Assembly (NCBI GenBank): GCA_034659315.1
Contig: JAYEGZ010000024.1
Coordinates: forward strand, 1,759-51,943
DNA length: 50,185 nucleotides
DNA from: Methanobacteriota archaeon
Lineage (GTDB): Archaea > Halobacteriota > Methanosarcinia > Methanosarcinales > Methanogasteraceae
Direction: 5' to 3'
Positions 19,048 to 27,277 of this stretch are shown here, piece after piece. The position numbers and the translations under genes are program-made. Below the pieces are notes generated by a model. It was not told where the DNA came from. It was given only the letters and a program-made list of their open reading frames with translations, and searched no databases. Position 1 is the stretch's first letter; each line of letters starts with the position of its first letter.

Positions 19048-20502
19048 TCAGTCATCCACGTTCGGACAACTCCTGATATCAGCAATCAGCGGATGCTCCC
19101 ATTCGCAGACAACAGTGAACCGTGCATCCGGATTGAGTTTGATCAGGCGAAGCACGTTTCCGAGCGCAACTAAAGCCGCCTCCCAGTCCGGTTCTGACAA
19201 CTCTGGCACCTCTGCGTTAAACGGGTAAGTCTCGCCAAGCTCCACCGGATACGCACCAAAAGGTGCTTTCAGGTTGAGCACATGGTCAAATTGATCCTCC
19301 CCACGGGTCTTCCGTGTACGGATGAGCACCGTTCCGTGCAAATCGAATCGATCAAGTCGATCTCCAAACCTCAGAACCTCTGCACGGCGTGCGGATTCGC
19401 TTCCGCAGTAGAAGAACGTTGATTTCCGGATTGGGTCAAACCGCTCGATCCAGCCCGCATGGCTGACCGCACGCTTGAGTCCATCAAGCAACCTCGGATG
19501 CGCCCTGCATCTGCGTTCAACAAGCTCCCAGAGGTTTCCTTCAATGATGCATTGTTTTATCAGGTTTATTTCTGCAAAAGTTGCATAAAGATTGTGTTTT
19601 GCAAGAGAAATATAATTTTCACTCCGAACTTCCTCTTTTAATTCCTCTGCGGTGTATGACGTACATACAGGGCATGAGCACGGGAGATGCTGGAGATCGT
19701 TCAGATGGTACGTCCCGTCAGTAGTGAAATACCGCCCGTCCTTCGCATAAAGTGCGTAAGCAGCCGAATCGAAGAGATCGCACCCGAGTGCAACCGCAAG
19801 AGCAAACATAGCGGGATGCCCCGCACCAAAGAGATGAACCGGTGCTGCTGGAGAAAGCCCTTTCTTTGATGCGACGATCACGTCTACCATCTCCGCAAAC
19901 CGGTAATTTGCGAGCAGCGGTACAACCGCACCTATCGGGTAGACGTCAAACCCGATCCCGGAGAGCGTGCGTGCGCATTCGTGCCGCAAATCAGAGTAAG
20001 TTGCGCCCTGCACGGGTCCCGCAAGAAGCATAGAACTCTGCGTCAGACCACGCGCATCCTTGCACCGTTCGATCGTCGTTCTCATCTCGGATTCTGACTG
20101 TTCGTGTGATACGTCTGGCGGCGTTGGGATATCGAGCGGCACACCGATGTCTGAGCCGATTTCCTGCTGAAACTTGACAATTTCATTAGATGTGATCTCG
20201 ATATCATGATACACCGAGAGCTGGTACGATCCGGAATCGGTCATAACTGCACCATCGAAATTAAGCAGGGAATGCACGCCATTCTCGATTGCATACTCTC
20301 TTAATTTTGGGTTACGGTATATGATGTATGCGTTGGTGATGACAATCTCTGCTCCGAATTTCGCAAGTTCGGGTGCATCCACCATCGATATATTCGGATT
20401 GATCACGGGCATGACGGTAGGAGTCTCAATTCTCCCGTGGCTGGTGTAGAGTCTGCCGATTCTGCCGGCTGAGTCCTTATGCGCGATTTCGAAGCAAGGC
20501 AT
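19048..20502 (-). CDS. tgtA: Archaeosine tRNA-guanine transglycosylase (short form)
   Basis: FEIAHKDSAGRIGRLYTSHGRIETPTVMPVINPN, MTDSGSYQ, HLFGAGHPAMFALAVALGCDLFDSAAY and the zinc motif CSCPVC...H match ArcTGT. At 484 aa it is shorter than the roughly 580-aa PUA-containing forms. Confidence 0.9.
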   Translation of the reverse strand: MPCFEIAHKDSAGRIGRLYTSHGRIETPTVMPVINPNISMVDAPELAKFGAEIVITNAYIIYRNPKLREYAIENGVHSLLNFDGAVMTDSGSYQLSVYHDIEITSNEIVKFQQEIGSDIGVPLDIPTPPDVSHEQSESEMRTTIERCKDARGLTQSSMLLAGPVQGATYSDLRHECARTLSGIGFDVYPIGAVVPLLANYRFAEMVDVIVASKKGLSPAAPVHLFGAGHPAMFALAVALGCDLFDSAAYALYAKDGRYFTTDGTYHLNDLQHLPCSCPVCTSYTAEELKEEVRSENYISLAKHNLYATFAEINLIKQCIIEGNLWELVERRCRAHPRLLDGLKRAVSHAGWIERFDPIRKSTFFYCGSESARRAEVLRFGDRLDRFDLHGTVLIRTRKTRGEDQFDHVLNLKAPFGAYPVELGETYPFNAEVPELSEPDWEAALVALGNVLRLIKLNPDARFTVVCEWEHPLIADIRSCPNVDD

Positions 20503-20532
20503 AGCGACATGATTTGTCGGGTGGCATCTATA

Positions 20533-20579
20533 GTCTTTCTGGTGTCTTTCTGGTGGTTTTTAGATATGTGAAAACCACC
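20533..20579. promoter_or_regulatory. Tandem 11-mer (GTCTTTCTGGT x2) merging into a 9-bp-stem hairpin, in the tgtA / MCP divergent intergenic region
   Basis: Perfect repeat units at 20533..20543 and 20544..20554. ggtggtttt (20552..20560) pairs with aaaaccacc (20571..20579) across a 10-nt loop. TATA-like ctataga lies between the element and the tgtA ATG. Confidence 0.35.
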
Positions 20580-20738
20580 GCGACGCCGATTTTATCAGAC
20601 CCCGGGCATCACCCGAAAAGATCCGGAAGTCTTGCCCGCGCGAAATGATTATATGCCACGGCTATCATAGAATAATAATAGTGGGGTGAGGTAGACACCA
20701 TAACTGTTCTACCATATCGATCCATAAGGGGGTTAAAC

Positions 20739-23363
20739 ATGGAAAAACTAAAAGACATCAAGATAAAGACGAAACTGATGGCTATATGCCTTATACTCGT
20801 CACGATTCCCGTTTTAGTTCTTGGACTTGCAAGTTACAATGCCACAAAGATTGGGATTAACGATCAATCCAGTGTGCTCTTGCAGCAGGAGGTGCTGCTT
20901 GCAAAAGCGCAGGTTGAGAGCAATTACGACATGATCCAGCAGAAGCTCAGGAGCGATCTTCAGGTAGCCCGGTCGCACTATCAGGAGCATCTTGGGTATG
21001 CGGACCGGAGAACAAATAGAGTCGCAGTGCACCCCGATGTGATAAGCTCATTCGGCGATCCGGGGGGCATGCATAACGTGCTTGCCGGAATTGCGCAAAA
21101 AGAGGGTTTTGATATTCTTACAGTAACTGACACCAGAGGAAAAGTGATCGCAAGGGCGAGCAGCACAAAGACTGGTGATACGTTCGTGCCCGGTCTGGTG
21201 CGTAAAGGGGTTGGCAGCGGTTTCGCGGCAACAGAGATCATAGGCAGCCAGTACATCGCAAATGAGGGGCTTTCGGGACAGGTTGGTGCAGGCAATGACG
21301 GCATGGTGCTGACCAGCGTCTATCCAATCGTGGTCGATGGAACGACCGCGGGGACTGTTGTCGGAGGCTACGTGCTCAATTACAACTATGAAATCGTTGA
21401 TGCGGTGCAGTCGATTGTCGGTGGCACAGCAACGATCTTCCAGGGCAACCTCCGGATATCAACAAATGTCCTTAAGACCGACGGGAACCGGGCGGTTGGA
21501 ACAACGGTCTCAGGCACTGTGTATGATACGGTCGTGAAGGGCGGAAAGACATACTATGGCACGGCGTGGGTCGTGAATGCCGACTACCAGACAGCGTATG
21601 AGCCAATCAAAAACTCGGACGGAACGGCGATCGGTATCCTCTATGTCGGAGTCAAGCAGGCAGAGTTTCAGGACGATATGATGAACAGCCTTGCGGAGGT
21701 TGTGATCGGAAAAACGGGTTACGTTTATATACTTGACACAGAGGGCAACTATGTCCTGTCAGGCGGCAGGATGCGTGACGGAGACAACATCTGGAGCGCA
21801 AAGGACGCATCCGGAGTATACTTCATCCAGGAGATTTGCAACAAAGGGGCGGCACTGAAAGGGGACGAGACTTTTGTGCAGAAGTACCTGTGGCAGAACC
21901 CGGGCGAGAACAAGCCACGAATGAAGCTTGCAGGGATCGCATACTCGCCTGCGTTTGACTGGGTAATCGGAGCCAGTTGCTATGACGAAGACTTTGCAGA
22001 CCCGATAACGAAGGTCAGGAATGTAGCGATCCTTGTGTGCCTTATTGCGATCATTGCGGGAGCGATCATTGCGTACTTCTTTGCAAACAGCATAACAAAG
22101 CCCCTTAACCGGATCATGACTGACGCCAACCGGATCAGGGACGGGGACTTTGACTATGATTCGGGTGTTGACTCAAAAGACGAACTTGGGGCGCTTGCCA
22201 GTACGTTTGTGGAGATGAAAGCAGATCTAAAAGCGATCATTGATGAGGGGGACCGTATTGCCGGAAAGGCGGCTGAAGGCGACCTGACCGTCAAACCGGA
22301 GATCCATGCAAAAGGCGAGTACGCCAAACTTGTGGATTCGGTGGACTCGCTGGTCGGTGTGCTCTCAGGCACGGTCACGAGTGCAAGGGGCGTTAGCGAG
22401 CGGGTGCTTGGCACGGCGCAGGCGCTCTCAGCGGCAGCGCAAGAGATGGGTGGCGGCATGGAACAACTCTCATCCGCATCGCAGCAGGTCGCCGATGGCT
22501 CGCAGAAACTTGCAGAACTTGCGCAGGTCACGGCACGGAATGTTGAAACTGCGGCAGCAGAGATCATGCAGACCTCCACGAACGCCAACCGATCAGCAGA
22601 GCGGGGGCATGAGGCTGTCGATGCGTCGAGTAATGTGCAGGATGCTGCAAAGAAGACGCTCGAAGGTCTGGCGCGTATCCAGGAAGGGATCGCAAAGACG
22701 TCAGAGACCGTTTCCGAGATGAACACCGCGATTGAGAAAGTCGGTGAGATGGGGGAGGTCATCACCGATGTTGCAGACCAGACTAATATGCTTGGACTCA
22801 ATGCATCGATCGAAGCCGCAAGAGCAGGCGAAGCAGGCAGGGGCTTTGCGGTTGTGGCTGATGCCGTGAAGAACCTCGCAGAGAAAGTCAAGGAGGCAGC
22901 GGCTGAATCAGGTGTTGCGATCGAACGCATACAGAAGTCAGGAGCGCATGCGATAACCGCGACTGGCACGGCGGTGGATGAGGCGACCGAGGGTGATGAA
23001 TTGCTACATGCCGCACTGGGCGGGGTCGATGATGTGGCAGGGGCGATCAATGAGGTCAGTTGCATGGTGCAGGAGATCAATACTGGTGCCCAACATGCTG
23101 CCGAGGTCATGGAACAGATCGTTGACGGCATGAACGAGGTCGCAAGTATATCCGAGGAGAGCGCATCCGCATCAGAGGAGAGTTCGGCTGCTGTTGATGA
23201 GCAGATGTCTGCTATCGAGGAGATGACTGCTGAGGCACAGGGACTTGCTGATGTGACACAGATGCTGATGAATGAACTTGACAAGTTCACGGTGCGAGAG
23301 GTGGGGATCGGGGCACAACCGGAATCCTCCAAACCTGCGTCAGCACCGACCGATCAGTTTTAA
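20739..23363 (+). CDS. Methyl-accepting chemotaxis protein (TM - double Cache-like sensor - TM - HAMP - MCP signalling domain)
   Basis: AAGGGGGT SD before the ATG. Two TM helices flank a Cache-like domain of about 400 aa. HAMP ([19 protein letters not shown]) is followed by the invariant MCP hairpin region [38 protein letters not shown] and an Ala/Glu-rich coiled coil. Confidence 0.95.
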   Translation: MEKLKDIKIKTKLMAICLILVTIPVLVLGLASYNATKIGINDQSSVLLQQEVLLAKAQVESNYDMIQQKLRSDLQVARSHYQEHLGYADRRTNRVAVHPDVISSFGDPGGMHNVLAGIAQKEGFDILTVTDTRGKVIARASSTKTGDTFVPGLVRKGVGSGFAATEIIGSQYIANEGLSGQVGAGNDGMVLTSVYPIVVDGTTAGTVVGGYVLNYNYEIVDAVQSIVGGTATIFQGNLRISTNVLKTDGNRAVGTTVSGTVYDTVVKGGKTYYGTAWVVNADYQTAYEPIKNSDGTAIGILYVGVKQAEFQDDMMNSLAEVVIGKTGYVYILDTEGNYVLSGGRMRDGDNIWSAKDASGVYFIQEICNKGAALKGDETFVQKYLWQNPGENKPRMKLAGIAYSPAFDWVIGASCYDEDFADPITKVRNVAILVCLIAIIAGAIIAYFFANSITKPLNRIMTDANRIRDGDFDYDSGVDSKDELGALASTFVEMKADLKAIIDEGDRIAGKAAEGDLTVKPEIHAKGEYAKLVDSVDSLVGVLSGTVTSARGVSERVLGTAQALSAAAQEMGGGMEQLSSASQQVADGSQKLAELAQVTARNVETAAAEIMQTSTNANRSAERGHEAVDASSNVQDAAKKTLEGLARIQEGIAKTSETVSEMNTAIEKVGEMGEVITDVADQTNMLGLNASIEAARAGEAGRGFAVVADAVKNLAEKVKEAAAESGVAIERIQKSGAHAITATGTAVDEATEGDELLHAALGGVDDVAGAINEVSCMVQEINTGAQHAAEVMEQIVDGMNEVASISEESASASEESSAAVDEQMSAIEEMTAEAQGLADVTQMLMNELDKFTVREVGIGAQPESSKPASAPTDQF

Positions 23364-23372
23364 GTTTAGAAG

Positions 23373-23414
23373 CCACGGGTCCGGAAGCGTGTATCCGTGG
23401 TCTCCGGTTTTTTT
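23373..23414 (+). terminator. Hairpin plus T7 tract downstream of the MCP gene
   Basis: ccacgg (23373..23378) pairs with ccgtgg (23395..23400), followed by tctccggttttttt with T7 at 23408..23414. It starts 10 nt after the stop codon. Confidence 0.45.
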
Positions 23415-23628
23415 GCCTGCGTAACTGCTTTTCATGGTCTATGAAGCGATATATATATATATATTGGGATGCAGGGGTCGATGCGTGGAATAATGAATCG
23501 CACACATAAGTCAAGTATTTAAGTGCAGGGTTTGGTGACTTTTGGCGGCTGGCATGATGAACGCCGAATGTTGGGATGGTCGCGGGCAAGGGTTGGTTTT
23601 TTCGCTCAGCCAAACACATACGTCAATT

Positions 23629-24483
23629 TCACATCACATCACTCTTGTGTTTCAGCACCGCGCCCCTGAGCTCGACACCAAGATCGGCTGCGATCACAGG
23701 GCATTTCGCAAGCAGCATGAAGAAAATGTTACCACTCTCTTCACTTAGCGATTCATAGTTTCCCTGCCCCTTGCTGATGATCATGTCCGCCGATCGATAC
23801 GTGGCAACGAACCCGGGATCGCATCGCTCAAGGATCGTGCCCGGCGTATCCGCGGTCGTGACGATCTCTGCAAGCGAGTCGATCCCACAGAAGATCGCAT
23901 CATCCGTCGTCGCATCGTTGATGATCGGATTCTTTTTGACTGCATATATAATATTAGCACGATTATTGATCTCTTCAATTAATAGCCGATCAAAAACCAC
24001 CTCTCCTGCATTGTCTGCAAGATAAAGAATATTATCTGATTTTTCGAGTGATTCTACAAACTCGGGATAGTCATTTATTGCAAATTCACGAGTCAAAGTA
24101 TCTTTTATCGTCGTTCTGATGTTGAACTGGATATCTGCCCCAAAATCAATGATATTTCCGGCAATCGCAAGTTTTATCGCGGTAAAAAGCCGGTCTTTCG
24201 ATTCATCTATGATCCCCTTGAGACATGGATACATTTCCATCGCAATGCCGTTATATTCTACTTTAAGCGCACTGTACGGATCATCGCAGCCAGTAATGTC
24301 ATGTACTATGGAGTACACGGTGTGCGCAATGGCTGGCGGACTCTTGTTGAGCGGCATGTCCTGTAACACCCTCATCACAGATTTCAGCACTTTTTCCTGC
24401 ACTACCGGGTCGTCGGTCACAACCCCTGTGGCGTTGAGCGACTGTTTCAGAAGGCAGGGGATACATTCAAGTTTTGATTTCAT
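23629..24483 (-). CDS. DUF89 family protein (damage-control phosphatase, ARMT1-like)
   Basis: The N-terminal ECIPCLLKQ motif, LYLADNAGEVVFD, ISKGQGNYE and the 284-aa size fit subfamily I DUF89. The start is coupled to the upstream gene through an ATGA overlap. Confidence 0.75.
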   Translation of the reverse strand: MKSKLECIPCLLKQSLNATGVVTDDPVVQEKVLKSVMRVLQDMPLNKSPPAIAHTVYSIVHDITGCDDPYSALKVEYNGIAMEMYPCLKGIIDESKDRLFTAIKLAIAGNIIDFGADIQFNIRTTIKDTLTREFAINDYPEFVESLEKSDNILYLADNAGEVVFDRLLIEEINNRANIIYAVKKNPIINDATTDDAIFCGIDSLAEIVTTADTPGTILERCDPGFVATYRSADMIISKGQGNYESLSEESGNIFFMLLAKCPVIAADLGVELRGAVLKHKSDVM

Positions 24484-25142
24484 GACAGTCCCTCCATGAT
24501 CTCTTTAAGTTTTAAGATCGCCTCGTTCTCACGAGTTCCACCACATACCTGGACAATTTGCTCATAATGCCGGATCAAGTCAAGATATTTTGGATCCCGC
24601 TTCAATTGGTACCGCGTGGCGTGTATGATCGATTCAATGACTGCATTAAAACCCCGGTTCACGCTTACCACTGGTTTATTGCAGACTACCCCCTTTACAG
24701 GGGTCAATTCAAACAAATTCCCCTTTGACTGCTCGCACGAAAACAGCAGCCACGCATCCGCATGTTTCAGGGCAGGGCACCCCCCATTATCCGGATGTTT
24801 GAACATACCCGGATCAAGATCCCCGAATGTAGACTCTACATACATAACCGGATCGTGGATAATGTTTGCAACGATTTCACCCGTTTCAATAACGTTTTGA
24901 CGCGTGTGCGATCCGGAAAAGAGTCGCACACAGATTCGGTCGCCGCTGCTGCCACGACTGCCGTGGCTGCGATTGTTTCTGATGATGCCGATGGGTGCGG
25001 CATTCTGAATGCCTGATTCTGATCTCGTCGTTGCGATCACTTCAGAGATTCCGTCGAGGATTCCGAAGTCGCCCGGGTCTATGCGAGTCACGTTCAACAG
25101 TTGGTTCTCTACATTCTTAAAATGCGCTACCAGCGTCCCCAT
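24480..25142 (-). CDS. DUF447-like (FMN-binding split-barrel) protein
   Basis: ISEVIATT...NAAPIGII and the overall size resemble DUF447, with a Ser/Gly/Arg-rich insertion. The assignment is by eye only. Confidence 0.5.
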   Translation of the reverse strand: MGTLVAHFKNVENQLLNVTRIDPGDFGILDGISEVIATTRSESGIQNAAPIGIIRNNRSHGSRGSSGDRICVRLFSGSHTRQNVIETGEIVANIIHDPVMYVESTFGDLDPGMFKHPDNGGCPALKHADAWLLFSCEQSKGNLFELTPVKGVVCNKPVVSVNRGFNAVIESIIHATRYQLKRDPKYLDLIRHYEQIVQVCGGTRENEAILKLKEIMEGLS

Positions 25143-25200
25143 AATTTCATCTACGGTTATTCTCGTGCCTTTGATAACAGGATTTCCATGTCTTATATCT

Positions 25201-25222
25201 CAACTTTGAGCTCTCAAAGTTG
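25201..25222. promoter_or_regulatory. 22-bp palindrome (10-bp perfect arms, 2-nt centre) abutting a TATA-like element upstream of the DUF447-DUF89 operon
   Basis: The sequence is caactttgag-ct-ctcaaagttg. On the minus strand it is immediately followed by AGATATAAGAC, about 45 nt before the ATG at 25142. It is also 29 nt downstream of the STAS gene stop. Confidence 0.4.
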
Positions 25223-25250
25223 GGTTAAATGTACGATTCACACCCATTAA

Positions 25251-26861
25251 TTAATTCAGCCCCTCTGCGGCGTCAACCACTTCTCCCCCCGTAATCTTCT
25301 GCGCATACCGCAAACCATCTTGTAACGTCCGCCTTGTCAAGAGTTCTGACGTGTCCACGCCAAGCTCAACGAGCGTATGCGCAGACTCAGGACGCACTCC
25401 TGTGACGATGCATGTTGCGCCGAGCAGTCGCACGGCTCTGACAATCCGGATCAGTTGACCGGTCACATAAGTATCGATCTCGTGAACGCCTGTTACATCC
25501 AGTATCACGACATCGGACTGCGTCTCTGTGATCTTTGAAAGAAGCGTCTCCATGATTTTTGCGATCCTGTGCTCATCGATCATCCCGATCAGTGGCAGCG
25601 CAAGGATTCCGTCCCCGAGCTGAACAACCGGTGCAGACAAACCCTCCTGCGATATTCGCAGCTTATCGACGAGTTCTTTTAAGTATCCCTCTGATTCAGT
25701 GAGTTTTCTGGTCCGTTCCTCGACCTGCTCCTCAAGACTTACGTTGTGCGCCTCCAGTTCCATCTTCGATCTCTTGAGTTCACCGGTCATCCGGTCGATG
25801 GATCTTGAGAGCTCCCCGATCTCATTATCAGCGTCCGTTCCGACTTTGTAATCGAGATCGCCCTTCTCGATCTTTTCAACACCCCTGGAGAGATTCATAA
25901 GCGGTTTTGAAAGTACTTTGGTGACAACGATGGAACATACAAGCCCCCAGACAACAAGAATTGCGAGAATTGACAACATCATGCGCGTAAGCCTGGTAAC
26001 CGGAGCGAACGCCTCTTCTTCACTCATCTCAGCGACCACTATCCAGCCTGTCCCATTTATGTGCGTATGCGTCCTGATAACATCTGTTCCCAGATAATTC
26101 TTGCATGTGATGAGTTCATGCCCGTATCCCCCGCCCCCTATATCTTTGCGGTCTTTAGGCTCATCTCCGAGATGCCCTGTTGCGACCTTCTGTTCCAGGA
26201 ACGTGTCATCCGTAAACCGCGAGGGCGTTATCATGTACTCATTCATGTTTACGAGGTATACCTCCCCGGTCTCGCCAAGGCATATTCTGTCTGTTGTGAT
26301 TGCGTCCAGATCGTTCATTTGTATGACTATGACTATGACGCCCACTACCTCGTTCTTGATTACAGGGGCGGAAAATCGAATAGCTGGTAGTCCGGTACCT
26401 CCGCACACACGAACATCACCCACATAAGTCCGTTTGCTCCCTTCCAGGAAAATATACTCCGAACTTTTGTCGATCCCGACAACCGTCTCGTCAGTTGAGG
26501 CGACAACAGTCCCGTTTCTGTCAAAAAGAGAGATCTTGCAGGTCGTATCGTCGGTTGCTACGAGCGTATGCAGTCTTGCAGTCACCTGTTCGTACTGTGC
26601 AGCATAGCACTCATCGTCCACGTCCGTTGTCAGGAAATCTTTGATTATGCAACTGCTTGCCGTTCTTTCGACCTCCAGTTTGTGCATATCCAGAAACGTC
26701 TCGATATGATTTGCTCGTGATTGCACAGTCAGAACCAGCTGATTACAGATCTCCTCTTCCACGATCTCCCTTGAGACGATATTGCTTGCTATGATCCCCG
26801 CCGCGCCTGTGATCAGTATGGCGACAACCAGTACGATACGAACTCTTGTCCGAATCTTCAT
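25251..26861 (-). CDS. Membrane Cache-HAMP-coiled coil-STAS (RsbR-type) protein
   Basis: TM helix, Cache-like domain (LGETGEVYLVNMNEYMITP), second TM helix, HAMP (KPLMNLSRGVEKIEKGDLD), then STAS: PVVQLGDGILALPLIGMIDEHRIAKIME...VVILDVTGVHEIDTYV...LLGATCIVTGVRPESAHTLVELG. The ATG overlaps the upstream TGA (ATGA). Confidence 0.9.
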   Translation of the reverse strand: MKIRTRVRIVLVVAILITGAAGIIASNIVSREIVEEEICNQLVLTVQSRANHIETFLDMHKLEVERTASSCIIKDFLTTDVDDECYAAQYEQVTARLHTLVATDDTTCKISLFDRNGTVVASTDETVVGIDKSSEYIFLEGSKRTYVGDVRVCGGTGLPAIRFSAPVIKNEVVGVIVIVIQMNDLDAITTDRICLGETGEVYLVNMNEYMITPSRFTDDTFLEQKVATGHLGDEPKDRKDIGGGGYGHELITCKNYLGTDVIRTHTHINGTGWIVVAEMSEEEAFAPVTRLTRMMLSILAILVVWGLVCSIVVTKVLSKPLMNLSRGVEKIEKGDLDYKVGTDADNEIGELSRSIDRMTGELKRSKMELEAHNVSLEEQVEERTRKLTESEGYLKELVDKLRISQEGLSAPVVQLGDGILALPLIGMIDEHRIAKIMETLLSKITETQSDVVILDVTGVHEIDTYVTGQLIRIVRAVRLLGATCIVTGVRPESAHTLVELGVDTSELLTRRTLQDGLRYAQKITGGEVVDAAEGLN

Positions 26862-27244
26862 CTGCGCAACCCCTCTGTCCCCATGTCGCCTTCACCAACC
26901 CTCAACATCGCATACGCGAGTCCCTCCTGCAGGCTCCCGCGTGTCGCGGGATCCACCTCAACAAGCATCTCTTCGCCGTCCATCACAATCTTTGTCACTG
27001 TCTTCTCGATTGCGACCTCCCCGCGGTCTTTTGATATAAGCACCGCCTCTGCACGGTCAAGAGTTTTTCCGTGGTCGTAGACCGGGCAGTCATTCTCTTG
27101 CATCGGGCAGACGAACTCATGGCATACTCTGCCGAAAATCTCTTCCTTCGATATGCCGACAATATCCGCAGCGGATTTGTTGATGTTCCTGATCTTTCGG
27201 TTGCAATCGACCAACATGACCCCAATTGGCATCTCTTCAATCAC
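26858..27244 (-). CDS. Small single-PAS protein with a Cys motif and a STAS-tail remnant
   Basis: The PAS start is EEMPIGVMLVDCNRKIRNINKSAADIVG, with the cysteines in CHEFVCPMQENDCPV. The last 25 or so residues (EVDPATRGSLQEGLAYAML) are homologous to the extreme C-terminus of the neighbouring STAS proteins. The track start is GTG at 27244; the first ATG is at 27232. Confidence 0.6.
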   Translation of the reverse strand: MIEEMPIGVMLVDCNRKIRNINKSAADIVGISKEEIFGRVCHEFVCPMQENDCPVYDHGKTLDRAEAVLISKDRGEVAIEKTVTKIVMDGEEMLVEVDPATRGSLQEGLAYAMLRVGEGDMGTEGLRR

Positions 27245-27277
27245 CGTCCGCCACTTCTCATTTGTTTCGTTCAGGCG

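Noticed and set aside
22154-23332. 392-aa minus-strand ORF
   Set aside because: It lies entirely antisense to the MCP signalling domain. Its Ser/Ala/Thr/Cys-rich low-complexity translation is the typical mirror image of an Ala/Glu-rich coiled-coil gene. It has no motifs.
23449-23464. (AT)8 microsatellite in the MCP / DUF89 convergent spacer
   Set aside because: It is a simple dinucleotide run between two gene 3' ends. No gene lies downstream for it to serve as a TATA box, so I treat it as incidental slippage-prone DNA.
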